The notes beneath the pieces were generated by a model. That model did not search any database. It had not been told where the DNA came from and saw only the letters and a program-made list of their open reading frames with translations. From a virus: a DNA stretch of 18,899 nt. A program made the position numbers and the translations under genes. Shown piece by piece: positions 6,822 through 14,636 of this stretch (position 1 is its first letter; every line of letters starts with the position of its first letter). The stretch lies in the IMG/VR virus record IMGVR_UViG_3300045988_024633. The stretch is one strand, 5' to 3'.

Positions 6822-7634
6822 CTAGTGGCCGAGATTATAGGCTAACGAGGTGCTGTAAAGCTGCGGCACGTTGGTCATGTTGTCACCACTGCCCCACATC
6901 CCTAAAAAGAGATCTTCGAGCGAGTTTATGACCATCATGTCAATATTGAGCATAGTGTTACGCCAATCCTGCAACAGCTGTGACTGCGAACCGCTGGTGC
7001 CGAGTGTATGCGACATACTGTTGCCTTTGTCGGAAGAGTGAGAAAAATCCGTGTTGCTGGTACTGGACGCGGTGGCGGCGCTGTCCTGCTGAGTCGCCGT
7101 GTGCGTGTTGCCGGTCGAGTCCGTCTGTGATGCGGTGGTGGCGTACTTTCGGAAGTCATCAATGCGAGTTTGAGGAAATTCCGAATTAAAAGTCATGCTG
7201 GAATTATCGGCGGTGGTATCGGACGTGCTGTTTGCCGTAGACTCATTGGATTGCGTGCCGGAAGACTTGCCACTGGACTCGTTAGTGCTGGTTGAGTCCA
7301 CTTCCTGCCTAATATCAGATGTGATAAAAGGGTCAAACTTATGCTGAGCACTGATATATAACTGATTGAAATAGTCCATCTGCTCCCGCATGGTTCGGCC
7401 TAGATAAAAAATGAACATTTGCGGCGTTTCGCTGCCGATTTCGCGCAGTGCGTAGTGTGCTACTATTTTTTCGTTGAGTTTCGCGCGGTATGATTCGTCA
7501 AAAATCGGATAATATTGCGAACTCAAATGCAGTTTTTCGTCAGTGTCGAAACCGCGTGCAATCAGATTGCCAAGCGTCAGCGTATAGTCCGCCATACTGT
7601 CTTTGACGGCGTACACGCTCAAGTCCTGCGCCAT
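6822..7634 (-). CDS. Lower collar protein (phi29 gp11-like), 270 aa
   Basis: The N-terminal block YPIFDESYRAKLNEKIVAHYALREIGSETPQMF...YFNQLY is typical of lower collar proteins of small podophages. It lies immediately after the connector gene, with a TAATG stop/start overlap. Confidence 0.7.
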   Translation of the reverse strand: MAQDLSVYAVKDSMADYTLTLGNLIARGFDTDEKLHLSSQYYPIFDESYRAKLNEKIVAHYALREIGSETPQMFIFYLGRTMREQMDYFNQLYISAQHKFDPFITSDIRQEVDSTSTNESSGKSSGTQSNESTANSTSDTTADNSSMTFNSEFPQTRIDDFRKYATTASQTDSTGNTHTATQQDSAATASSTSNTDFSHSSDKGNSMSHTLGTSGSQSQLLQDWRNTMLNIDMMVINSLEDLFLGMWGSGDNMTNVPQLYSTSLAYNLGH

Positions 7635-8572
7635 TATTCTTCCTCCTTGTTTCCATCAACGTCCAGCAAACCGCCAGAAGTGGTGTCGTTCCACTCAATG
7701 CTGATCGGTTTGCCTAAGTCTGCCATTTGCGGCCACAACCGGTTAATCGTATCGCACGCCTGTTGACGCGCCTTAAGATAGCTCAGGCGGAACACGTTCG
7801 TACGACTGTTTCCAGCCGTCACTTCCGATTCGAGCAGACGTTCTTTCTTTTCGGTCGTACTGTTGTCGATACCGAGGTAGTTGACGAGTTCGTTCCAGAT
7901 CTGCGTTTTAGTGGTAATGATTTTATCCGCCATAAAGGGCGTCATGTTCGGGAAGGTTTGAAACATTCCGGTGATATCCGCGCTGTCATACGCGTAGATG
8001 TAGGGGTCTCCGTCTTCTCGCGCCTTAATAAGATTTTGTGCGGTGAGTTTGTTTGTTTCGGATGTGGCGATAATCAACGGCACGCTAATGTTGTCCAAGT
8101 TCACGTCTAGCGCGCGGTCGGCAATCGCCAATCGCGTGGCGTAATTCCACATGACGTCGATCATGGTGCAACGCAGTTGATTATCCCAAATAGGTACACA
8201 CTTCTTCGAGCCTATTTGCGGGTGTGAGTAGTTCGTGGCAACCGGCTGGAAACTGGTCGGATTGTTGTAATTATTGACTCCGCCGATATTACCCGACGTG
8301 ACCATAAAACGACGAACGCCCTTGCGTTCGTCAGGGAAGAAGAGGGCTAAGCCATTCTCGAACAAAGTCAGTTCCAAAAATCGTTCGTCAATATATGGAG
8401 GCAAATTAATCCATTTAAACCGCGACACCGCCAACATTTCGATCAGCTTCATGTATTGGTTAATACGCAGGGATTGTCTCATTTCAGGCAGATTGAGATT
8501 GCCCCACATCGAGCCAAGCACGCTCTGGTTATCCCAGTGCGCAGCCTTCTTTGCGTTGTTACGTTTACCCAT
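7634..8572 (-). CDS. Head-tail connector / portal (phi29 gp10-like), 312 aa
   Basis: The blocks RFKWINLPPYIDERFLELTLFENG and WNELVNYLGIDNSTTEKKERLLESEV match my recollection of gp10 ([44 protein letters not shown]). The size also matches. I set the start to ATG 8572; the track start at 8578 is a GTG. Confidence 0.9.
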   Translation of the reverse strand: MGKRNNAKKAAHWDNQSVLGSMWGNLNLPEMRQSLRINQYMKLIEMLAVSRFKWINLPPYIDERFLELTLFENGLALFFPDERKGVRRFMVTSGNIGGVNNYNNPTSFQPVATNYSHPQIGSKKCVPIWDNQLRCTMIDVMWNYATRLAIADRALDVNLDNISVPLIIATSETNKLTAQNLIKAREDGDPYIYAYDSADITGMFQTFPNMTPFMADKIITTKTQIWNELVNYLGIDNSTTEKKERLLESEVTAGNSRTNVFRLSYLKARQQACDTINRLWPQMADLGKPISIEWNDTTSGGLLDVDGNKEEE

Positions 8573-8584
8573 AGTCACCGTCCT

Positions 8585-8624
8585 AAAAAAATAATGGAGA
8601 GAGTCATATAACTCTCTCCATTAT
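8585..8624 (-). terminator. Intrinsic terminator between the tail-knob and connector genes
   Basis: On the minus strand a perfect 14-bp stem (ATAATGGAGAGAGT / ACTCTCTCCATTAT) with loop TATATG is followed by UUUUUU. Confidence 0.75.
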
Positions 8625-8626
8625 AT

Positions 8627-10858
8627 CTAGTATGCGATACCGGATAATGGCGCATTGTCCGCGTAATCGGTGACACCGATTTTATTAGGATCAGTCCATA
8701 CCGTCACGCCCGACTCAAAAATACCTTTGACTGTCAGGCGGTACTCTTCGGGACATGTCGAGCTGCGCACGTACAGTTCGTGGAGTTTCCAGTAGGTGAA
8801 ATTAGACATTGCCATCAAATTTGTCGGCAGCTTCATAAACCTTTGCACGTAATAGCCGTATCGTAGCCACACTTCGCCAATGGAGCGCATGGCGGCCGGT
8901 GGTATCTGCCGGAAGCGTACCATGACACCAATAAGCCCGTTCGCAAGATTAAAAGCGTCACCGCCCAAAGCGCCCGACGTGGTAGGGGGTACTGTTTGCG
9001 TCTGCTGCACTTGGGCGTTGATGCCAGCGATGGTGTTTTCGTAATCGCCTTGCGCCGTCGCTTGCGCTAACTGCTTGTTCATGTCCGCGAACTGCATAGT
9101 CTGCTGGTTGGACAGATTGGTTTGTGCGAGACTGTAGGCGTTGGCCTGTGAGGTGCTTGCGTTGTTGGTGGTTTGCGTGTTCGCAAGTTGCTGGTTGGCC
9201 GTGCTCACGTTGTTGTCATAGGTCATCTGGTTTGTCCATGCGCCGATTGCGGTGCCTGCGATGGCACCGGCCACGCCGCCGATATTGCCCGTGACGGCTG
9301 AGCCAACGGCGTTCGCCACACCACTGCCGATAGTGTTGAGCTGTGTCATTTGGTTGCTGAAACCGAGGTTTTTCAATGTCAGATCGGTGTTCATCTGTGC
9401 AGACTGGTTGCTAATGGCGTTCATGGCGTTACGGTTTGATGTGCCGAGCCGGTTTTGGGCGCTTGCATACTGTGTGCCTAATTGGGCCTGAGCGTAGGCG
9501 TTGTTGATGCCCATTTGCGTTTTCTGGTATGACCAATCGGCGCTTTGCTGAGCGTATTGGCGCGTATAGGCACTGTTCGCTAGAGCGAGGGCACTACCGT
9601 TGTTCACTGCCATAAAGGTTGGAAAATTCGTAATGCCGAAACTTGCGTTGAGCATTTCGCCGGAATCAATCGGGAGGCCGGAATTGTTCGGCAGCGGGGA
9701 TTGTTCGCTGATACCGCCTGCGTTGTATCCGCGCGGATAAAAGTTGAGTCGCGGAGATGGTGGCGCGTAGTCCCACGACTCTCGAATGGTCAGATCAGCG
9801 CTTGGAATCTGCTCGGGATTGTAAGTAATCACGGTACCGTTGAGACACGAGCATTCCAATACCGCGTATGGTGCGGTGCGGAATTTTTTTAGATACTTGT
9901 AGCGTTCGGGGAGTTTGAAATTATCACGAAAATTCGTGATATGGATAATGTCGGCGTAGCGGCTTTTGGCGTCGTTATGTCTAATCTCCAAGCGGTAGCA
10001 GTCGCCCCGCCAATCGATCATGTGGTGGAAGAACACGCCCGGCTTCTGCTGTTTTTTCAGCAATGAGTCGGGGAGCTGTGGGATGGCGTAGATGCCGCAA
10101 ATGCCCTGTGTCATCCAAGGGTATTCCGCACCCGCGCCCATTACGGCGAGGAAGTCCAAGGCGTCCGAGAAATAGTATAGTGCGGTGCCGTTTGTATGGT
10201 TTTCAAAGGCGCTGCCGTCCGCGCACGTGATTTTCGGTGCGCTTGCCGTGCCGGGGTCAGTGTCCAGCTTCGTGGTGGACACTACGATCACGCCGAAGGT
10301 GGTGTAACCGTTTTTCTCTCCAATCAGACTCTTGTATTGCTGTCCCGTGACCACCATTGCCTTACCTGTATCCAAGCCTTCCGGCAGGTCAAGATAGGTG
10401 CGGCCATAGTCTTTCCAAGCGTTTTCGTTCGCCACGCCGACGTGCCCACGTTCAACGTACGCGTTACCAAGCTGGATGTCATGCTGGAAACTCTGCCACA
10501 CGTCAAGCTGGATGTTCAGCTGTGTGGTGTTCGCGTTAATATAGTCGCATGTCTGGACGAAATAGTACCAACTACGTGGTGTGTCAAAATCATAGTCGTT
10601 CGTCGCAATCAAATAGTTGTATTTCGACGCCTGCGCAAACGGCACCGGCAGCCGTACCGGAAGGCCGTATTTTGCCATCGTGCAGTTTGTGAACTCGATG
10701 CCATCCAAACCGTCGAAATACTCTTTCTGAGCTTGCCTATTATCCCATTTCACAATATCCCTGTAACCCATATCCCACGGCACGTTGCAGAGTTTGAATC
10801 GTGTGTTTGGCGTCCATTTCGCGTACGAGAAATTAATCGGTAGGTCATTTGCGCTCAT
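8627..10858 (-). CDS. Tail knob protein (phi29 gp9-like), 743 aa
   Basis: The N-terminal block WYYFVQTCDYINANTTQLNIQLDVWQSFQHDIQLGNAYVERGHV aligns with gp9 WFYAFVTELEFKNS...[24 protein letters not shown]. The C-terminal LRYGYYVQR...GVTVWTDPN aligns with FHKYGYKINR...GITLWHTDN. The start at ATG 10858 is preceded by AGGAGGA and 5 nt. The track start at 10903 falls inside the upstream terminator hairpin. Confidence 0.88.
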   Translation of the reverse strand: MSANDLPINFSYAKWTPNTRFKLCNVPWDMGYRDIVKWDNRQAQKEYFDGLDGIEFTNCTMAKYGLPVRLPVPFAQASKYNYLIATNDYDFDTPRSWYYFVQTCDYINANTTQLNIQLDVWQSFQHDIQLGNAYVERGHVGVANENAWKDYGRTYLDLPEGLDTGKAMVVTGQQYKSLIGEKNGYTTFGVIVVSTTKLDTDPGTASAPKITCADGSAFENHTNGTALYYFSDALDFLAVMGAGAEYPWMTQGICGIYAIPQLPDSLLKKQQKPGVFFHHMIDWRGDCYRLEIRHNDAKSRYADIIHITNFRDNFKLPERYKYLKKFRTAPYAVLECSCLNGTVITYNPEQIPSADLTIRESWDYAPPSPRLNFYPRGYNAGGISEQSPLPNNSGLPIDSGEMLNASFGITNFPTFMAVNNGSALALANSAYTRQYAQQSADWSYQKTQMGINNAYAQAQLGTQYASAQNRLGTSNRNAMNAISNQSAQMNTDLTLKNLGFSNQMTQLNTIGSGVANAVGSAVTGNIGGVAGAIAGTAIGAWTNQMTYDNNVSTANQQLANTQTTNNASTSQANAYSLAQTNLSNQQTMQFADMNKQLAQATAQGDYENTIAGINAQVQQTQTVPPTTSGALGGDAFNLANGLIGVMVRFRQIPPAAMRSIGEVWLRYGYYVQRFMKLPTNLMAMSNFTYWKLHELYVRSSTCPEEYRLTVKGIFESGVTVWTDPNKIGVTDYADNAPLSGIAY

Positions 10859-10870
10859 AAAAATCCTCCT

Positions 10871-10910
10871 AAAAATAATAGGTGTGGATAAAAGTCTATC
10901 CACACCTATT
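10871..10910 (-). terminator. Intrinsic terminator downstream of the major capsid gene
   Basis: On the minus strand a perfect 14-bp stem (AATAGGTGTGGATA / TATCCACACCTATT) with a 6-nt loop is followed by AUUUUU and then the tail-knob SD. Confidence 0.75.
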
Positions 10911-10927
10911 TTAGCGGCTAGTTATTG

Positions 10928-12646
10928 TCACTGAGCAGTAACAGTGACCTTTGCCGTTCCGGTAGCTCCCGCGAACTTCACGGAAACGTTGGCGGCGCCC
11001 GCCACAGTTCCGGTCAGTACACCGTTAGGGGTGATGGTCGCGTTAGCGTTCACAGTCCACAGTGCAAGGTTGGTCACGTCCGCGGTGTTGCCGTCCGTCT
11101 TGGTGGCAATCGCCTTAAGCGCAACATGCTCATTGACCTTGACCGACTTTTCGCCCTGAATCTCAATGGACTCGATGGCTCCGGCTTTCCAACCACCAAG
11201 CCAAGCGCCAACCACCGGTACGGACAGTGCGGCGGAAACCGTCTGGTCGATTTCAGGCGTGGCCGGATTGATATAGGTTGCCTGAGCGGTAACTTTCAGC
11301 ATTTCGGCGGTTTCATCAAGGCCGCAACGCAAAATTCCGTCGTTGTCGATCGAGGTGAACTGTGAAGTGGCGCCCTCAAGCGTGTACTTGATACCAACCG
11401 GCTGGAACGATGCCGTATCCTTGTTTGCGCTGGAAATGACGGACTCAACCTGTACCAAGTCGCCACGCGACACGTTTTCGGGGGTGATGGCGGGCTGTCC
11501 ATACTTGCACACACGCAAGGTAAACTCGGGCTTCGAGGTGGTGAGTGTGTCCGGCAGAGTCACGGACTCGTTGGAGCCTTCGCCAGTCCAGAACAGAATC
11601 GCGTTCGCAAAAGGATTAGGGGTAATGGAACCACGATGCTTGTAGAAGATATTGCGCGTTCCGTCAATCGGGTTGACGGGGGAGTTGGTGGTTTCAAGCA
11701 TTTCATCCCAACAGAAGAAGAAGTCTTCCGTGGTCAGCACTGCCTGAACCTTACCGGCCGCACCGCCGATACCAAACATATCCTCTGGAATCGGAATGAT
11801 ACGATACGGCACGTTCACTTTATCGATGTTGAACGCGGCGGCGAGGGCTTCAACGTTCAGCGCGGCGATTACCTGCGGAGTAGCGAACAAAATGGCTTCC
11901 GAATCGCGCCACGGAGTCACCCAACTCATGGCGTTATAGCGCGGCATGGCGCTCATTGGCGACGCCTTCAACTCGTTCGCCACCTGCTGGATAAGACGCA
12001 ACAGGCCCTTCGCGTCCGCTTCGGTCGAGTCGGCCTTACCAACGTCGGGGGTATGCACGCGGTAGAATCCACCCTTACGAGCGTACTCGGCAAACGTCTG
12101 CGTCTTCATCAAATACGTATCATTCCTATCCGAGAGGATAGGAGCGTTCATAATCTCGCTAATGTAATCCGACATGCCGCTTTCGCCGTCGAACGCAGTC
12201 AGCAAAGCGTCTTCCGGGATGGTCACGGGGTAATAATGGTCGAAAGTCAGAGGGTGGAACACGCTTGCGGTCGGAAGCGAGTAGCGGCCGTAAACGTCGT
12301 CACCAAGGTATTCTTTGTTGAAATTGCGAGTGCGGGCCTTGACGAGACCCACGGCTGCCTGTTCATAGGTGCTGCCGTAGCGCTTGAGGGTGCGGGGCGA
12401 GCCGATTAGCTTGAGCGGGTCATCCCAATCCGCGTGTTGTACGTACAATCCAATCAGCCGCTGGATTAACACCCCCGTGAACTCGTCACGAAGGTAGGGG
12501 AAGTTGCGCATGGTGTCCACAGCGTTACGAATATTGCCCTGCGTCGCACTCGGGATACGGGTTTGGAACTGCGGTGAGGTGGCGGAACGCACGGCATTGA
12601 AAATCTCAACGTCACCCTTGCCTGCGAGTGGTCGAATATTAGACAT
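10928..12646 (-). CDS. Major capsid protein with C-terminal bacterial Ig-like (Big_2-type) domain(s), 572 aa
   Basis: The gene follows the scaffold gene and is the largest head gene. The C-terminus VKVNEHVALKAIATKTDGNTADVTN...VLTGTVAGAANVSVKFAGATGTAKVTVTA is a typical Big_2 pattern, as in phi29 gp8. The SD is AGGAAGGT. Confidence 0.85.
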   Translation of the reverse strand: MSNIRPLAGKGDVEIFNAVRSATSPQFQTRIPSATQGNIRNAVDTMRNFPYLRDEFTGVLIQRLIGLYVQHADWDDPLKLIGSPRTLKRYGSTYEQAAVGLVKARTRNFNKEYLGDDVYGRYSLPTASVFHPLTFDHYYPVTIPEDALLTAFDGESGMSDYISEIMNAPILSDRNDTYLMKTQTFAEYARKGGFYRVHTPDVGKADSTEADAKGLLRLIQQVANELKASPMSAMPRYNAMSWVTPWRDSEAILFATPQVIAALNVEALAAAFNIDKVNVPYRIIPIPEDMFGIGGAAGKVQAVLTTEDFFFCWDEMLETTNSPVNPIDGTRNIFYKHRGSITPNPFANAILFWTGEGSNESVTLPDTLTTSKPEFTLRVCKYGQPAITPENVSRGDLVQVESVISSANKDTASFQPVGIKYTLEGATSQFTSIDNDGILRCGLDETAEMLKVTAQATYINPATPEIDQTVSAALSVPVVGAWLGGWKAGAIESIEIQGEKSVKVNEHVALKAIATKTDGNTADVTNLALWTVNANATITPNGVLTGTVAGAANVSVKFAGATGTAKVTVTAQ

Positions 12647-12664
12647 TGTTTATACCTTCCTTAT

Positions 12665-12949
12665 TTAGTCGAACAAATCTTCGATGGACTCTTCTTTATC
12701 ATCGCCGTCACCGTCGTTATCAGACGGTGCGGGGTCGTTGTAACCGAGCGTGTCCAGCATGGCTTTCAATGCGGCCAATTCCTTTTCGAGCGCGTCAAGG
12801 CGTGCGGAAACGTCCGTCTCCTGCTTCGGTTCCGGTTCCGGTTCCGGTTCTTTCGGCTTAACCTCGTCATCCACGGTTTGTGTCTGCTGTTCCTCTTCGG
12901 TCGGCGGCGGGGTGGTATTTTCTTCGCCGTCATTGACTGGCACTGCCAT
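12665..12949 (-). CDS. Scaffolding protein, 94 aa
   Basis: It is small, strongly acidic and has helical / coiled-coil character (ARLDALEKELAALKAMLDTL). It lies directly upstream of the MCP as phi29 gp7 does. The SD is AAGGAGA. Confidence 0.7.
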   Translation of the reverse strand: MAVPVNDGEENTTPPPTEEEQQTQTVDDEVKPKEPEPEPEPKQETDVSARLDALEKELAALKAMLDTLGYNDPAPSDNDGDGDDKEESIEDLFD

Positions 12950-12987
12950 GCAAATTCTCCTTACGTTGGTAGAGTATTTCCATCAAA

Positions 12988-12996
12988 ATTATACCA
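12988..12996 (-). promoter_or_regulatory. Late-operon extended -10 promoter TGGTATAAT
   Basis: This perfect TGnTATAAT lies ~40 nt upstream of the scaffold ATG, immediately after terminator 13006..13039. Confidence 0.6.
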
Positions 12997-13005
12997 TGCT
13001 CGACG

Positions 13006-13039
13006 AAAATAAAATGACCCCCGCAATCACGCGGAGGTC
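13006..13039 (-). terminator. Strong intrinsic terminator ending the early/replication transcription unit or the small RNA
   Basis: On the minus strand GACCUCCGC - GUGAUU - GCGGGGGUC forms a 9-bp stem with one G-U pair. It is followed by AUUUUAUUUU. Confidence 0.8.
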
Positions 13040-13174
13040 TAACTGTCCTATCAGAGCGCAAATTGAAAATCGTAGGGCATTGTCGCCACGACAATGATTT
13101 CATGATTGGCGGCGTTTTCAGCCGTGGCAATCCGATCCATGTTACTCCCAGTCGAGAATCGACGCTCACAAGAC
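13008..13174 (-). ncRNA. Candidate structured small RNA (pRNA-like packaging RNA candidate), ~165 nt
   Basis: There is no credible ORF here. The region is bracketed by its own TGCTATAAT promoter (13181..13189) and terminator (13006..13039). Hand-folding gives a 5'/3' closing helix plus three internal hairpins. See findings. Confidence 0.4.
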
Positions 13175-13180
13175 TCGATT

Positions 13181-13189
13181 ATTATAGCA
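13181..13189 (-). promoter_or_regulatory. Extended -10 promoter TGCTATAAT overlapping the DNAP stop codon
   Basis: This perfect TGnTATAAT is the identical 9-mer to the element at 15696..15704. Confidence 0.5.
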
Positions 13190-14636
13190 TGACCATTGTG
13201 CCGTAATCATCCATGACTTGCGTTCCATGTCTAAACCTCTCGTACGGTATAGGCTCCGTAAACATGTTGCCCGCCATGCAGACATCCACTTCACCGTCAT
13301 CCCGCCATCCCTCATAACGGTTCATTCCGAGGATAGTCAGTTTTTCGTATCGTGCGGCGATTTTCCATTTGCCGAGTTCGGTTGGATGGATGTCACATGA
13401 TTTCACCGACCCCCAACCACTCAGAATGCAGCCGTCCGTGTTCGCGTACAGCAGTCTATCGGCGTTCGCATGACAGACGTCCATAAGCTTGCGACGGGCG
13501 TAGGCGTTGACCCACACGGGCACGGACAGATAGTCGGTTTTCAGATTCGATTCTTCACGTTGCGCTATATCCCAGTCCAAGGTTATGCCGTCTTTGGAGA
13601 AGGGGAGCATGACGGCGCCTTTTGGCAGACTCGCCATCTTGCCGACTAGGGCGTTCATAATGAGTTTCGCCATTTGCCGTTTCTCACCAGTCGCCTTCTG
13701 CTTCAAGTCCCCCCATTCGTCGATAAACGAACGGAAAAAACCCTTGGAGCGGCGGAATTTCCACCCCCTAACATACTTGTAGACACTCACTTCATAATTC
13801 TCGTAAAGCAATTCTTGGTCGATGTCGGTCAAGACGCGCGTGACGTATCCGCGTGTTGAGGTGAGTCGGTTGAGTCCGTACACGCTGCGGTTGTCGAGCA
13901 GAAAGGGGTATCCGTCCGGTTTGAGTTCCGCGCGAAACGTGATTTCATCGCAATGCAACGGCATATCGCCATCTTCCTCGTACTTGCCTTCGTATGGTTC
14001 CGGTTTCCACCAAGGCAGCCACTCGTCTCGTAATATGGATGGGTACATGGAATTGCAGTCAACGTCGATAGCCTTGCCATACGCCCCTTCTTTGGTTAGC
14101 ATGAAACCGCCGATATATGCGTCATGCAATGACTTTTTCGTATCCGAGTCGAGTTGTGGAAATTTGTCGTAATACCATTTCCACTCGCCGGATGCGAAAG
14201 CCTCCATACTCGCCCCGCCCGCCGTTATCTTGCACAAACCGCGATTATCGTATTCTCTCAAGATGTTGAGCAATTGTGTGTCGGTCATGGTGATACGGCA
14301 GTTCTCACGTAAAAGATTCGATATATCGAAGAATCGTGCGGAATTTTCGCGGTCGATACGCACCGTGAAGCTGAAGAACTTGCCTTTTTTCGACACTATC
14401 GCGTCCCAACTCAGATCAGAGTTGTGTTCGTTGTGAGGGAGGGAGTGTACGACATGCGCCATGAATGGGTTTAAAATGTCTGGATTAGCCACATAAATTG
14501 TGAGTTTGCCGCCTGACATGATGGACGCCAAAAGGCGATTAGGCGCGGTGACGTCACGCAGGATGGTTCCGTCCGTGAAGCGTATGACGTTATCCGCGCA
14601 CCATAATCCCACTCTTTTATCTTGCTGCATGGTCAT
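13182..14636 (-). CDS. Protein-primed family-B DNA polymerase (phi29 gp2-like), 484 aa
   Basis: Motif A is DVDCNSMYPS, motif B is QMAKLIMNALVGKMAS and motif C is RLLYANTDGCILSG. Long collinear similarity to my recollection of phi29 DNAP includes KFPQLDSDTKKSLHDAYIGGF vs KVFPTLSLGLDKEVRYAYRGGF, PLHCDEITFRAELK vs PLHIQHIRCEFELK and FFRSFIDEWG vs LFKDFIDKWT. A TPR2-like insert is present. The SD is AAGGGAAG. Confidence 0.92.
   Translation of the reverse strand: MTMQQDKRVGLWCADNVIRFTDGTILRDVTAPNRLLASIMSGGKLTIYVANPDILNPFMAHVVHSLPHNEHNSDLSWDAIVSKKGKFFSFTVRIDRENSARFFDISNLLRENCRITMTDTQLLNILREYDNRGLCKITAGGASMEAFASGEWKWYYDKFPQLDSDTKKSLHDAYIGGFMLTKEGAYGKAIDVDCNSMYPSILRDEWLPWWKPEPYEGKYEEDGDMPLHCDEITFRAELKPDGYPFLLDNRSVYGLNRLTSTRGYVTRVLTDIDQELLYENYEVSVYKYVRGWKFRRSKGFFRSFIDEWGDLKQKATGEKRQMAKLIMNALVGKMASLPKGAVMLPFSKDGITLDWDIAQREESNLKTDYLSVPVWVNAYARRKLMDVCHANADRLLYANTDGCILSGWGSVKSCDIHPTELGKWKIAARYEKLTILGMNRYEGWRDDGEVDVCMAGNMFTEPIPYERFRHGTQVMDDYGTMVML

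Noticed and set aside
6834-6839. Other TATAAT hexamers on the minus strand inside coding regions (for example 6834..6839, 6145..6150, 1829..1834, 2336..2341, 8620..8625)
   Set aside because: They lack the TG extension and a properly spaced -35. They sit inside ORFs or inside a terminator stem. The genome is AT-balanced enough for such hexamers to occur by chance.
10196-12409. Long plus-strand ORFs (10196..10843, 11636..12409, and similarly 5109..5546, 7727..8110, 15645..16196, 16581..17186) antisense to structural and early genes
   Set aside because: They lie entirely inside well-supported minus-strand genes with recognisable homology. They lack SDs and have Arg/Val/Cys-rich shadow-frame composition. 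They are treated as antisense shadow ORFs.
12930-13169. 79-aa minus-strand ORF spanning the DNAP-scaffold intergenic region
   Set aside because: It has a GTG start with no SD. It runs through a strong terminator hairpin and the late promoter, and it overlaps the scaffold start in another frame. Its composition does not look protein-like. The region is better explained as non-coding RNA or regulatory sequence.
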